Origin: Candidatus Moraniibacteriota bacterium
GTDB lineage: Bacteria; Patescibacteriota; Minisyncoccia; Moranbacterales; DUUL01
Reading direction: 5' to 3'
Length of the DNA stretch: 64,000 nucleotides
NCBI GenBank assembly: GCA_041583775.1
Contig: JBFHFF010000004.1
Coordinates: 2,428 to 66,427 of the forward strand
The notes under the pieces were generated by a model. That model ran no database searches and was not told the DNA's origin. It saw only the letters and a program-made list of their open reading frames with translations. Shown piece after piece: positions 48,458 to 58,276 of this stretch (positions within the stretch are counted from its first letter, which is position 1; each line of letters starts with the position of its first letter). A program made the position numbers and the translations under genes.

Positions 48458-48522
48458 TTATTCAATGAGTTGTGAGTGAAAGAAAAGCAAACAAAAAATA
48501 ATGCCAAATTAAAAAATAAAAA

Positions 48523-49830
48523 GTGGAAACAATAATAGAAAAAGCGGCAAAGATATTCAAGAGAGATGGGATTGAAATGACGGACGAATTTGAAGATACT
48601 CTCTGTTTGATGGAAGAAACTGATAGGAATATTTTCATTACAGGGAAAGCTGGGACGGGAAAATCGACCTTATTGAAATATTTTTGCAAAGCAACCTCAA
48701 AGAAAATTGTTATTTTAGCACCGACCGGAATTGCGGCTGTTAATATTCAAGGAAACACGATTCATTCTTTTTTCCTATTTCCCTTTGGGGTTGTTAGGCG
48801 TGATGATGTTGAAAATCTGCACCACAAGGCAGAGATTTTTGAGAATCTAGACACAATCGTAATCGATGAAATTTCAATGGTAAGAGCTGACATTATGGAT
48901 GCGATTGACCACTCTTTGCGAATGAATACTAGAAAAAATGTTCCTTTTGGAGGCATTCAGATCATTGCTTTTGGTGACTTATTTCAATTGCCACCGGTTG
49001 TGATGGGACGAGAACGAGAATATTTCACTGACCAATACAACGGAGTTTATTTTTTTAATGCTAATTGTTTTGAGGAGGCTGATTTCGAAATTATTCAATT
49101 GACTAAAATTTTTCGTCAAAAAGATACAAATTTTCAGAGACTCCTAAATAGAACTAGGGAGAGACTTTTAACAAATGAAGATTTCTCTCTTTTTAATACA
49201 CGGCATTGTGCTTATGAGGATAAAAATGATCCGGTAATCACGCTTGCCAGCACTAATGCAACTGTAGATAGAATAAATTCGGCAAAATTAGCAGAAGTTA
49301 ACGGTGAAGAAATGTCTTTTCGGGCAATGGTGAGGGGTGATTTTCAAAAAAAGGATTGTCCCGTTGATCCTGAGTTGAAGCTTAAGGTCGGAGCACAAGT
49401 TATGTTTGTAAAAAATGATACGGAAACTCCTAAGCGTTGGGTAAACGGAACTATCGGAATAGTAAAGAAACTAAGCGAGCACTATGCCTTAGTAAAGGTT
49501 GGCAAAAAAGAACATAGAGTGTTAAAGGCTGTGTGGGAAGTTTATGACTATAAATATAATTCCTCTACCAAAGAAATAGATAGATTTGAAAAAGGATCTT
49601 TTGCACAACTTCCCTTGAAATTGGCATGGGCTGTTACTATTCATAAAAGTCAGGGGAAAACCTTTGAAAAAGCGATTATTGATCTTGGGAATGGCGCTTT
49701 TACACATGGACAAACATATGTTGCTCTTAGTCGCTGCACAAAACTTGAAGGGATATATCTCAAAAACCCACTTCGTCCACGAGATATTATTATAGATAAA
49801 AAAGTACTAGATTTTCATAGCAAAAAATAA
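48523..49830 (+). CDS. Pif1-family (SF1B) helicase
   Basis: GKAGTGKS, APTGIAA, DEISM, GDLFQLPPV, LAWAVTIHKSQG, YVALSR. Confidence 0.9.
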   Translation: METIIEKAAKIFKRDGIEMTDEFEDTLCLMEETDRNIFITGKAGTGKSTLLKYFCKATSKKIVILAPTGIAAVNIQGNTIHSFFLFPFGVVRRDDVENLHHKAEIFENLDTIVIDEISMVRADIMDAIDHSLRMNTRKNVPFGGIQIIAFGDLFQLPPVVMGREREYFTDQYNGVYFFNANCFEEADFEIIQLTKIFRQKDTNFQRLLNRTRERLLTNEDFSLFNTRHCAYEDKNDPVITLASTNATVDRINSAKLAEVNGEEMSFRAMVRGDFQKKDCPVDPELKLKVGAQVMFVKNDTETPKRWVNGTIGIVKKLSEHYALVKVGKKEHRVLKAVWEVYDYKYNSSTKEIDRFEKGSFAQLPLKLAWAVTIHKSQGKTFEKAIIDLGNGAFTHGQTYVALSRCTKLEGIYLKNPLRPRDIIIDKKVLDFHSKK

Positions 49831-49999
49831 TCATTCACAATATAAAAACATCGAAAGTGCTTAATAAAAGGTCTTTAAGGCGCACTGAGAAAAGAAGTCT
49901 TCACATATTTTTTATTCCTTGTTATATTAAATGTGATAAAATGATTTTTAAATCTTTGTTTTTTGTTAATATTTTTTATAATTTAAATAATAAAAAACT

Positions 50000-50293
50000 A
50001 TGAAGAAAATCTATCTTCTAGTTTCAATGACAACCGTTGGACTTATTAATCTTGCACTTTTAAAAGCCCTGGAGCTTTATTTAGTAACCCAAATTGCTTT
50101 TGGAACTCTAAATACAAGTGATGTTTGGTTTTTGCAAGAAGCCAAAATTTCTTTTCCACTTTGGTTTCAAGTTTTCTTCGTCATTCTTGGTTTAATTCTT
50201 GGTTTTCCGGTTGGACACAGGTGGTGGCACACTATTTATGTAGAGAAAAAAGTTTGGCGGTTTGGTTTTTTGCCAATAAAACAAATTAAATAA
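50000..50293 (+). CDS. Small membrane protein (paralog of 43263..43625)
   Basis: GHRWWHTIYVEKK motif after a TM helix. Confidence 0.68.
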   Translation: MKKIYLLVSMTTVGLINLALLKALELYLVTQIAFGTLNTSDVWFLQEAKISFPLWFQVFFVILGLILGFPVGHRWWHTIYVEKKVWRFGFLPIKQIK

Positions 50294-50300
50294 AAAACAG

Positions 50301-50340
50301 AAGTCCTCTTGGAAATAATTTTCCCAAGAGGACTTTTTTT
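50301..50340. terminator. Bidirectional terminator
   Basis: AAGTCCTCTTGG...CCAAGAGGACTTTTTTT between convergent genes. Confidence 0.8.
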
Positions 50341-50345
50341 GGTGC

Positions 50346-51017
50346 TTAACTTTCTTGCCAGAAAGAAAACTGAAACAATAGAGGATCGACCTTAAAGCTC
50401 TTCTTTAAAAGAGCTTTTCGCTCCTGCATTATCCAGGTAGTTATTGACACTATCGAGAAAATTAAAGCAAGAGCCAAGTGGATGGGTATTTCCTGAATCG
50501 AAAAATACATCAGACTCAGAAAACACATCGTCAAAATTGCGAAACCACCCTTTTTTGAAATAAAATTGATTCTTAAAACAAAAAAGATGGCCGCCCACAA
50601 AAGCAGCACTCGAAAAACAACTGTTGTTGTGATCAATAGTATTGCCGCATCAGCACCTTTGATGAAAAAACAAGTCAGACACTGAGAAACCGTGCTTATT
50701 AGCAGGATTTCTAAAAGAAGGCGAATGGTTTGGCGAGGGATATTTCTGGCATTGTTCGAAGCAGTGCACCTTCCCAAGCTGTAAAACTTAATAAGAAACA
50801 CTCCCGCTATAAAGGGAAGGCACCCGTTGCTGATAACGGGAACTTCAGCGTTTACAAAAACAGCGAAAACTACTACTATTGTAGTCAAGACATATCCCGT
50901 TATTAAAAAATCTAGTGCAACTAAAGAAAAAATCCATGCAATCGATTTTGCAATGGTTGTTTCTTTTGCTGTTTGTTGTTTTAAAACGGCTGGTTTATTA
51001 ATAACAAATCTCATCAC
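50346..51017 (-). CDS. Hypothetical multi-pass membrane protein
   Basis: Six or more hydrophobic segments; GAGGTG SD upstream. Confidence 0.6.
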   Translation of the reverse strand: MMRFVINKPAVLKQQTAKETTIAKSIAWIFSLVALDFLITGYVLTTIVVVFAVFVNAEVPVISNGCLPFIAGVFLIKFYSLGRCTASNNARNIPRQTIRLLLEILLISTVSQCLTCFFIKGADAAILLITTTVVFRVLLLWAAIFFVLRINFISKKGGFAILTMCFLSLMYFSIQEIPIHLALALIFSIVSITTWIMQERKALLKKSFKVDPLLFQFSFWQES

Positions 51018-51218
51018 GACACCTCTCTTTTCTTTTTTGTTGATGTTGATATAGATTAATGTATAAAGGACTGTTTATATCTTTAACATATTTTATTATT
51101 TATGTCAATAGCAAAGTGTAATGTGTACAGACATATGGAGGTTTTTTTAGGATAAAATAGTTTATTAGATTTATCGCCTTAGTGTATATGTATAAATATG
51201 AAAAGTTTTTTCAGGCTT

Positions 51219-52352
51219 CTATTCTTCTCCTTTTTTTACACTCAAACTAAAGCTCTCTTTTTTTAATTCTTTTGTTTGGTCAATCTCTTTCTTGATAGAA
51301 GAGGGGAGCGCCTCAACGACTTTTTTTAGCTGAGTTTGATTTAATTTAACAACTTCACTCCAAAGTTTCTCCCGTTCCAGAATTTCTTTCAATTGTTTTT
51401 CGTTATATCCAAAGGTTTTTCTGCAAACTTTTGAAATGATTTTTCCTTCACTAAAAAGTCTTTCCGCCTTTTCAGCATCCATTATTTCCAAAATTCTTTC
51501 TTGCAATTCAGTAGCTTTTTTTCTCTCACTTTTAGCAATTTCCTGTGCTGATATATATTGTTCGATAATTTCTTTTTTCTCCTGATCAGTCGCAAGTACA
51601 GCTTTTTTAAATTTATGCTTCCACATTGGACAAATTTTTTGATAACCACACCAAGAACACAATGGTGTGAGGGTGGCAGGGAAGTCAGATTCTTCTATTT
51701 GATGAATGACTTCCACTAATTCATCTTTAACGGTTTGTAACTGTTCTTTTGTTTTGGTGGTCGTGAGTTTTTCCCCGTGATGAACGAAAAATAAAGAAAG
51801 TTTAACCTTTTCAATTTCTTTAAAGTTTGGATAACGCTTTAAAAAAGCAATCAAATAGATGGAAAGTTGAAGGTTATTATCAATCATCTCTTGAGGGGGA
51901 AGTTTTTTGGATGTTTTATAATCGATAATTTCATAGCCATCTTCTGTTTTATCAATACGATCTATAAAACCAGATACAAAATGCTTTTCATCTCGCTCCT
52001 TGTCATCTATTTCAATTGAAAAGCGAGACTCCAGATCAACAATCTGAATTTTAGCAGGATCATTTTTGCGAAAATATTGCTGGATGATTCTGACTCCTTG
52101 AGCAAAAGCAGTTCGTTCTTGTAATTCTTGTTCAAAAACATCAGGATTCCATTTTGTTGCAAAAAACTGCAAAGCTTCTTGCTCTGTTGGTGGTAAAAAA
52201 CCTCCTGAATGAATGAATTGTAGTGTTGAATGGATTAGCGTACCAAACACAGCCTCGGGTGACTTAGGGGTGCTAATTTTGTCTATAACTTGAAATTTAT
52301 ACTTCAAGGGACAGCTTTGGAAAGTATTTAGAGCAGAAAATGATGTTTTCAT
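51219..52352 (-). CDS. PD-(D/E)xK RecB/AddB-like nuclease with Fe-S-type cysteines
   Basis: SFSALNTFQSCP, GFIDRID...IIDYKT, QLSIY, CSWCGYQKICP. Confidence 0.88.
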   Translation of the reverse strand: MKTSFSALNTFQSCPLKYKFQVIDKISTPKSPEAVFGTLIHSTLQFIHSGGFLPPTEQEALQFFATKWNPDVFEQELQERTAFAQGVRIIQQYFRKNDPAKIQIVDLESRFSIEIDDKERDEKHFVSGFIDRIDKTEDGYEIIDYKTSKKLPPQEMIDNNLQLSIYLIAFLKRYPNFKEIEKVKLSLFFVHHGEKLTTTKTKEQLQTVKDELVEVIHQIEESDFPATLTPLCSWCGYQKICPMWKHKFKKAVLATDQEKKEIIEQYISAQEIAKSERKKATELQERILEIMDAEKAERLFSEGKIISKVCRKTFGYNEKQLKEILEREKLWSEVVKLNQTQLKKVVEALPSSIKKEIDQTKELKKESFSLSVKKGEE

Positions 52353-52396
52353 TGATTTTTTATTTACTTTAAGAAGTGGTTATAGGGAAGTGGTGT

Positions 52397-52801
52397 TTAT
52401 TTTCCTTTATTCACAATATCAACGACAACCCCATATAATTCCAGATCCTCCTTGCACAGGCTCCCAAAAGATCTTGAGTCATAAGATACCTCCCTATTAT
52501 CACCAAGTACCCAATAACAGCCATTTCTATCTATTGAATCAATTCTTTTTGTCATAACCTCTCCAGGGAAATCTTTACATTTTTCATTGCATTTAAAAAC
52601 GATAATTTCTCCAACTTGAGGTGTTCTGCTAGAACTGACAATGATTTCTGCACCGTCCAAGAGGGTTGGCTCCATAGATGATCCCTGTCCAACAAAAATA
52701 CTTTTCGTTTTGTCTGGTAAAATTGTAAAGACGAGATATAAAAAAATAAAAGAAATAATCAAAATTAAAATGTAAAAAACTTTTGAAAAACCTTCTTGCA
52801 T
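52397..52801 (-). CDS. S26 family signal peptidase-like protein
   Basis: GSSMEPTL, KR, GDNREVSYDSRSFG. Confidence 0.82.
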   Translation of the reverse strand: MQEGFSKVFYILILIISFIFLYLVFTILPDKTKSIFVGQGSSMEPTLLDGAEIIVSSSRTPQVGEIIVFKCNEKCKDFPGEVMTKRIDSIDRNGCYWVLGDNREVSYDSRSFGSLCKEDLELYGVVVDIVNKGK

Positions 52802-53337
52802 TGAAAGTGCTTTATTTTTTTAATTACTATCTTAATAATTTTAACACAAAAGCTAAAAGATAACTATTTGAATTTTATTTCTATTTTTTAATTATCAGAA
52901 AATAAAAATCCTATATCTAAGGCTTTTTTAGTGCAGGTAAAAGGCGTTTTTCATAATAAAGACACCTCACGAAAATGCTTTATTTAAGGTAAAAAACGAG
53001 GCTCAAAATTGCGTTCTAAGCGCTTTTAAATTAAAAGCCGACCAACCATACCTTTAAAATCTTTCAAATGCCTATTTATAAGCCATTCTCGTGCCCAAAA
53101 AAGTTGTTTGGAAAAATTCTTTTATTGAAAATGTATTATCGGAATAAAAACACTAGAAGTTTGAAATATTAGAAAAGGATTCAAACTATTTAAAGACGAT
53201 TAGTTTTATATAAATGATGATATTGAAAACAACTTAGGAAAATAAAAAATAGATATCTACTTGGAAAGAGGGGGGAGTTTCTTTCTGTTAAAGATATCTA
53301 GATACATTAAAAAACTTGTTTATTTGAAATATATACA

Positions 53338-53365
53338 ATGTCGCACAATGTATATTATGCGACAT
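53338..53365. other. dif-like Xer recombination site (chromosome dimer resolution)
   Basis: ATGTCGCACAA-TGTATA-TTATGCGACAT: 11-6-11 layout with the E. coli dif spacer and inner arm bases; in a long intergenic gap where gene strand bias switches. Confidence 0.8.
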
Positions 53366-53444
53366 TAAACCTTTTTTAAAAAACACGCCTGTGTTTTACT
53401 AGAAGAAAATGTTGGGGGCTTTTATACTCTGCCCCCCGAGAGTA

Positions 53445-53609
53445 TCATTTTTTCTGACTTACAACACACACGGGTCTGCCAAATTCTTTTTCTGCATCAG
53501 CGACATCAAACCCTTCTCTTTCTATCCATGTTTTCCCGTCGTCCAATGAAAACTCGTTCGTCGTGTAGCATATAAAAACGACTTCATATGATCCTTGCTG
53601 TTCTTTCAT
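53445..53609 (-). CDS. Putative 54-aa protein (MKEQQGSYEVVFICYTTNEFSLDDGKTW...)
   Basis: Own translation; overlaps the end of 53584..53793. Confidence 0.4.
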   Translation of the reverse strand: MKEQQGSYEVVFICYTTNEFSLDDGKTWIEREGFDVADAEKEFGRPVCVVSQKK

Positions 53610-53793
53610 ATTTTATCTCTCTTTCAAAGTGATTGAGATACTCTCTGCAAGTCGTGTAGGATGTATTGCACAGTAACTGTTCATTCTTAGGAGAACAGCG
53701 GTTATTACAGTCCATCTGACAGTTTCTTGCTTGACCATTGATGATGCACCCTAAAATAAATCCACAAAGGGGGCAAACTTCTAGTTTTTTCAT
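53584..53793 (-). CDS. Small Cys-rich hypothetical protein
   Basis: AAGGAGG upstream; eight Cys including CPLC. Confidence 0.5.
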   Translation of the reverse strand: MKKLEVCPLCGFILGCIINGQARNCQMDCNNRCSPKNEQLLCNTSYTTCREYLNHFEREIKYERTARII

Positions 53794-53987
53794 TTCTTTT
53801 CTTATTCCTCCTTTTTACTAAAAATAAATAAAAATAAATATTGTGTGTTTAAGGTTTCAATCAGAAAAAACTTGGCTTTAGATAAATGTACTGCAGGCTC
53901 TTAGTAGCTCAACGCCTATATATTTTTACACAACAATATAATAAACCATTTTTAAATTTAAATAAAGGGCTTTTAGGTCATTAATGC

Positions 53988-54245
53988 CTACTTTATCCAT
54001 CCAGCGTCTCTTAAGCAATCTGAATAAAACATTTCGTAAACATCATTTTCTGGCTCAAAACCTGTCCCCTGGTAAAGATTTTTTATTTCATCCGAAGCTT
54101 TTTCGGCACATTTTTTTTCTCGATATGTTTGGTCATAAAAAATTCGATAAAAAACAAAAAGGAAAAAGAAAACAATCATTGCGATTAATAAGATTAATGA
54201 TGCTGCCCTTTCTTTGTTTGAATTTATCATTTTTAAATATTCCAT
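53988..54245 (-). CDS. Hypothetical single-TM protein
   Basis: TM helix followed by a two-Cys helical domain. Confidence 0.6.
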   Translation of the reverse strand: MEYLKMINSNKERAASLILLIAMIVFFFLFVFYRIFYDQTYREKKCAEKASDEIKNLYQGTGFEPENDVYEMFYSDCLRDAGWIK

Positions 54246-54456
54246 AGTTTTTTATAATTTTATTATTTACCCTACCCTGCCTGAACATTGCCAACGAATA
54301 TCTAAAAAATTCTTGACAAAAATCTATAATTTTATTATAAATAAGCTAACAAAATTTCTTTAATCTTCTTGCTTTTTAAAATATTGAAATATTGAAAGGC
54401 AAGATGGCTAAGGCAAGATAGTTCTTTCTTATTACAAAAACAAAAAAGGAGAAGTT

Positions 54457-54699
54457 ATGGCAAAGAAAAAATGGTTTATTTTAACCGCCGCAGTCGTGTT
54501 TTTGTTCTTTTTTTCAAGTTCAAGTAATTTATTTGCGGCTGCAGAAGCTGCAGAAAAAGAAGAACAAAGGAGTCCTTCCAGCACAAACAATAAAGAAGTG
54601 GGGGGAGGAACCCTTGCACCTCCAAAAGGAGCAGAAGCGAAGGCACCCCCTCCAAATCTCACAAACATCATTGTGAAGAAACCAGTGGTAAAAAACTGA
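54457..54699 (+). CDS. Hypothetical secreted low-complexity protein
   Basis: AAGGAG SD, signal peptide, terminator downstream. Confidence 0.55.
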   Translation: MAKKKWFILTAAVVFLFFFSSSSNLFAAAEAAEKEEQRSPSSTNNKEVGGGTLAPPKGAEAKAPPPNLTNIIVKKPVVKN

Positions 54700-54706
54700 A
54701 AGTGAT

Positions 54707-54744
54707 TTTTTGGCAAGCGAAGAACCTTTTCGCTTGCCAAAAAA
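54707..54744. terminator. Hairpin terminator between convergent genes
   Basis: TTTTTGGCAAGCGAA...TTCGCTTGCCAAAAA. Confidence 0.7.
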
Positions 54745-54841
54745 TTTTAAGAATATCTTTAATATAATACATATCAAAGACAGATTCAAAATTTTCTGCA
54801 ACAGCTGTATTGTTAACAATTAGCTGTTTTTTGTTTTTAAA

Positions 54842-56140
54842 TTACTTATAAATAATCATTTGATCAACCGTTGTTGAACTATTGTAAATTCTTCCTACTA
54901 ACTTCCTTGAAGTGTCTAGATATATATTGCTTCCAAAAAGTGGGTCATGAACAACATATTTCCCCTTTTTATCCTTTCCGTGGATAACAACATAATGACC
55001 AGCACCAGAACTGGAGCGGATAAAAACAATAACTGGATTGTCCTTATCTATTGATTTATCAATTTCTTTCCAATCTATATTCCCATGCCAAGTTGTTGAA
55101 TCAAGTTCTACACCATTCCAAGAATCTGGCCAAACAATAAGGTCTCTTGCAAAAATTGGTTTACTAGAAAGACTTCCTGGCGTTATTTTTTCCCCATGCT
55201 GAGTGAGGACCATAGCAACTGTCGTAACAGCGCATCCGTAATCTTTCATAAGAGTACTGGAAAGCCCGATTCTTTTATAGCCCCATTTTTTATCATCTTG
55301 AGCGTAATACCATTTAGTTGAAGCCAAGCCTGATGTTGGTTTTGAAGAAGAACTTTTAATTTGATCCAAATCATCTCTGGTATCAGAAGAAAGTGCATTA
55401 AGATCTCCGATCAACTCCTTCATTTGTTCTTCAACTCTTGATAAAAGTTTTTTATACTCAGCTTCTTGACCCATAGTCTCCTTCAACAATGTTTGTTTGT
55501 TTTTTTCTTCACTTTCTAGGTATTCAACTTTTTCTTCAAAGGTCTCTTTATTATCTGTTAGTTCCTGATTTTTTTGTTCAACTTCTTTCTTTTTTTCTTC
55601 AAGGGAATCACTTTCCTGTTTAGTTGTTAAAATAACCTTATTGATTTTTGCTGAAGCCTGATCAATATACTGTGATTGACTTAGCACCTCTGAAACATCT
55701 GAGTTTTGTGCCAAAAAAGCAAGTGAAATATTTTTTTCTGTTTGATAGAACAATCTAAGCATTGCAGCAAGCTCTTTTTTCTTTTGATCTACTTCTTTTT
55801 TATATTTATCAACCTCTTGATCTAAAATCTCAAGAGCAAGTTCATTTTCTGCAATTTTCTCCTTTGTTATCTGCAAATCATTCCCAAAACTATCGATTTG
55901 CAGGTTCATCAATTTTAATTGATTACTCAAGGTGCTTTGCTTGCTCTTTGTTACATCAATCATAACCTTTAATCGTTGTTTTTTCTCCTCTAACGACTCT
56001 TGTTCTTTCAATATATCCTCTTTTTCATCAGAAACTGAAGCAAATGATTGTCTTCCAAGAAAGAGTAATCCAAAACAAAAAACCAAAAGTATAAGCTTCT
56101 TGTTGATATAAAAACTTTTTTGATTTTTTATTTTGTGCAT
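54842..56140 (-). CDS. Secreted coiled-coil protein with C-terminal C39-like peptidase domain (CwlO/EnvC-like architecture)
   Basis: Long heptad region; YYAQDD..W, GCAVTTVAMV, GHYVVI, VHDP. Confidence 0.82.
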   Translation of the reverse strand: MHKIKNQKSFYINKKLILLVFCFGLLFLGRQSFASVSDEKEDILKEQESLEEKKQRLKVMIDVTKSKQSTLSNQLKLMNLQIDSFGNDLQITKEKIAENELALEILDQEVDKYKKEVDQKKKELAAMLRLFYQTEKNISLAFLAQNSDVSEVLSQSQYIDQASAKINKVILTTKQESDSLEEKKKEVEQKNQELTDNKETFEEKVEYLESEEKNKQTLLKETMGQEAEYKKLLSRVEEQMKELIGDLNALSSDTRDDLDQIKSSSSKPTSGLASTKWYYAQDDKKWGYKRIGLSSTLMKDYGCAVTTVAMVLTQHGEKITPGSLSSKPIFARDLIVWPDSWNGVELDSTTWHGNIDWKEIDKSIDKDNPVIVFIRSSSGAGHYVVIHGKDKKGKYVVHDPLFGSNIYLDTSRKLVGRIYNSSTTVDQMIIYK

Positions 56141-56215
56141 TTATTTTATTCAAACTGACATTAGACTTCTGGAATCAACTTGATTCTTTTTTATATCACA
56201 AATTATACCACAAAA

Positions 56216-57688
56216 CTATTTTTTAAGCAGTAGAATAGCTTTATCAACTCTAGAAACTGCTTCTTTTTTCCCCAACGCCCAAGAAAGTTCAAAGGGACTT
56301 GGGCTGAATTTTTCTCCACTAAGTGCAACACGAAGTGGCCAAAGTAAATCGCCTCTATTATCTCCAGCTTTTTCCAAAAGAGAATCAGTAATTTCTTGCA
56401 ACTTAAATTCTTCAGATAAATCCCCTAGTACTTTTTTTGACTTTTCAAGAGCTTCAATCGTTTGTTCAATAGTATTTTTCTTCCAAACTAAAAGCTCTTT
56501 TTCATAATTTCCAATTTCAAAATAGAAATCAATATTTTCTGTGACATCTGAAAGTTTTTTCATCCGCTCTTGTTCTATTTGAACAATTTTTTCAACAAGA
56601 ATATCATTTTCTTTTAGCCCTTTTTCTTGGAAATATTCTTTAAAATATTTCTCAGTAAGTACCTTTAGTTCCGCTATGCTTCTTTTTTTGATATAATATG
56701 AGTTCATCCAGTCGAGTTTTTTATAATCAAAAACTGCTCCGGCTTTATGCAAACCTGAAATATCAAAAATTTTAACAAGCTCTTCAAGCGAAAAATGTTC
56801 CTGTTCTGTTTTCGGATTCCACCCCAAGAGCGCAAGGAAATTAACTAGTGTTTCCGGCAAATATCCTTTGCTTTGAAAGTCTTCGACTGTGACATCACCT
56901 TGTCTTTTAGAGAGCTTCTTTCTGTTTTCATTTAAGACATTTGGTACATGCACCAATACGGGCATCTTCCAGCCAAGAAATTTATACAATAAAGCGTGTT
57001 TTGGAGCGCTTGGAAGCCAATCCTCGCCACGGACAATATGAGAAATTTTCATTAGATGATCATCAATAACAACGGCAAAGTGATATGTTGGAAAACCATC
57101 TGATTTAATAAGAACTTGATCATCAATATCATCACTTTTGAAAACTATTTTTCCATAAACTTCATCGTGGAAAAACACACATTCACCTCGAGGCACATTC
57201 ATTCTAATGACATATTTTTCACCTGCCGCGATTCTTTTTTCGACTTCTTCTTTTGATAAAGTTGCACAATATTTATCATATTTTGGAGCCTGTTTATTTT
57301 CCTGTTGTGTTTTTCTGAGACCATCCAGCCTTTCAGCAGTACAAAAACAAGGGTAAGCATACCCCGAATCTAAAAGCTGTTTGATATATTGTTGATAAAT
57401 ATTCAAACGCTTCGATTGAAAATAAGGACCACATTCCCCCTCCTCAACAATCTTATTTTTTTGGTTATACTTAACACCTTCTTCTATTTCAATTCCTGTC
57501 CAATTTAAAGCATCTAAAATTTTCTCCAAAGAACCATCAACGAATCTTTTCTGATCAGTGTCTTCAACTCTAAGTAAAAATTTCCCCCCATTCTTTTTTG
57601 CAAGAAGATAGGCATAAAGTGCCGTTCTTAAATTACCCACATGCACTGACCCTGTTGGTGATGGTGCAAATCTTGTTCTGACTTCCAT
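56216..57688 (-). CDS. gltX: Glutamate--tRNA ligase
   Basis: RFAPSPTG..HVGN, KLSKR. Confidence 0.97.
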   Translation of the reverse strand: MEVRTRFAPSPTGSVHVGNLRTALYAYLLAKKNGGKFLLRVEDTDQKRFVDGSLEKILDALNWTGIEIEEGVKYNQKNKIVEEGECGPYFQSKRLNIYQQYIKQLLDSGYAYPCFCTAERLDGLRKTQQENKQAPKYDKYCATLSKEEVEKRIAAGEKYVIRMNVPRGECVFFHDEVYGKIVFKSDDIDDQVLIKSDGFPTYHFAVVIDDHLMKISHIVRGEDWLPSAPKHALLYKFLGWKMPVLVHVPNVLNENRKKLSKRQGDVTVEDFQSKGYLPETLVNFLALLGWNPKTEQEHFSLEELVKIFDISGLHKAGAVFDYKKLDWMNSYYIKKRSIAELKVLTEKYFKEYFQEKGLKENDILVEKIVQIEQERMKKLSDVTENIDFYFEIGNYEKELLVWKKNTIEQTIEALEKSKKVLGDLSEEFKLQEITDSLLEKAGDNRGDLLWPLRVALSGEKFSPSPFELSWALGKKEAVSRVDKAILLLKK

Positions 57689-57746
57689 TTGTCTTTTTTA
57701 ATATTATCCGATAACTTAATTTAAAATAAAAATCGCTTAGTGTCAA

Positions 57747-58268
57747 TTATAAAAGTAGCTCCTTTTCGATTAGATGTTCGATTGCCTTTCTAGAAATTCT
57801 TTGTTTATTAAACTGGTAAATCTGATCTATTAATTTGTCAGACTCTTTGGCTGTCATTAAACGATATTCACTAAACTCTGAATCTTTCATATCAAATTTC
57901 TCCAAATCTATTTCTACTGCAATATAGAAAAAATGCTTTCCTTTCATAAACATTTTCATTCCATCATCAAGTTTCAACTCACGAGAACCCCACAATTTTT
58001 CAGGGAAAGATATCTTATCCTCAAATAAAAACTCCGGCTTTCCAACAATGTGTTTAGAAATGTCGTTCCCCAACTCTTCCTCAAGCTCCCTTTGCATTGC
58101 TGACAATAAGGTTTCACGATTGTCAATTCCTCCTTGAGGAAATTGCCAAAGTTTGTACTTATCGTCAAAGAACATAAAAACTTTCTTTTTATGCAATAAA
58201 CAAATTGCTATTTGAGGCCTAAAACTACCTTTTCTGATTTTATTGATTTTTTCCTGTGAAATTTCCAT
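57747..58268 (-). CDS. NUDIX hydrolase (RppH-like)
   Basis: WQFPQGGID...AMQRELEEELG. Confidence 0.85.
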   Translation of the reverse strand: MEISQEKINKIRKGSFRPQIAICLLHKKKVFMFFDDKYKLWQFPQGGIDNRETLLSAMQRELEEELGNDISKHIVGKPEFLFEDKISFPEKLWGSRELKLDDGMKMFMKGKHFFYIAVEIDLEKFDMKDSEFSEYRLMTAKESDKLIDQIYQFNKQRISRKAIEHLIEKELLL

Positions 58269-58276
58269 TCTTTTTA

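Noticed and set aside
51219-52352. Cas4 / CRISPR adaptation gene
   Set aside because: Stand-alone RecB/AddB-like nuclease with no cas1, cas2 or array nearby
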